Of a DNA stretch of 64,000 nt, positions 63,801-64,000 are shown one piece after another. The DNA comes from Geosiphon pyriformis uo1 (lineage: Eukaryota > Fungi > Glomeromycota). Position 1 is the first letter of the stretch; the number at the start of each line of letters is the position of its first letter. The notes beneath the pieces were generated by a model that made no database searches, had not been told where the DNA came from, and saw nothing but the letters and a program-made list of their open reading frames with translations. The stretch is taken from assembly GCA_016748015.1 (NCBI GenBank), contig JAAOMT010000294.1:102541-166540 (forward strand), written 5' to 3'. Made by a program: the position numbers and the translations under genes.

Positions 63801-64000
63801 TTCCCTACTCATTTTGGTCTTCCAAAGTGTTCAAGGATGCATGGGTGGCAATAGAACTTAGTTGCCATTGAATATTCCTCATCGTTCCCACAGCATGTGC
63901 CTATTGATGACAATTTCTTGCCACAATTAACGCATATAAGCTTAGGTCGATGATAGGTAGATTATTGTGGTATAGTGTAGGTGTTATAAGTGGTGATGGT
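60821..64000 (-). pseudogene. Gypsy C pol (Cys-rich domain, dUTPase, dUTPase-like domain, RT, RNase H), partial
   Basis: All pieces in one frame; DAEFDLRYP, LASRSSLAKK, IIDTGY, KIAQ, GFESTG; PIKQKAYRVP; NASGQALGAVL. Confidence 0.9.

Larger units (their letters stand above)
56839..64000 (-). mobile_element. Second Ty3/gypsy element (family C), continues beyond the window
   Basis: 3' LTR 56839-58685 (about 860 bp without the nested insert), PPT AAAGAAAGGAA, 3' ORF, integrase (from 60757), RT-RNH, dUTPase (62650-63079), Cys-rich domain (63320-63960). Confidence 0.93.

Overview
Intron-rich, AT-rich eukaryotic DNA from an early-diverging fungus; gene structure and transposon proteins suggest Glomeromycotina (arbuscular mycorrhizal lineage, possibly Geosiphon-like), which is an inference. 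There are five host genes: an F-BAR/SH3 Cdc15/Hof1-like gene (-), RSA4/Notchless, RQC2/NEMF, histone H3 and BUD31. The rest is layered transposon sequence. A nearly unreadable hAT DNA transposon carries a full-length LINE (APE-RT-RNase H, 11-bp TSD) inserted in its catalytic motif. A second LINE hosts two divergent Ty3/gypsy elements, one of which has a solo LTR nested in its own LTR. There are also several LINE fragments and solo LTRs. The best candidate for an undescribed system is the gypsy lineage. Both divergent copies share an uncharacterised Cys-rich domain upstream of a dUTPase plus a dUTPase-like domain ahead of RT, an apparent stop after RNase H with integrase starting at its own ATG, and a conserved non-env ORF that ends at the PPT. 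Insertions make 4-bp TSDs, mostly with a CAG/CTG core, and each LTR family has a phased U3 motif array. A second strong signal is repeat-restricted C:G to T:A hypermutation in all dinucleotide contexts, which turns elements into AT deserts while genes are spared. Exon boundaries, alignments and counts were done by eye and need computational confirmation.
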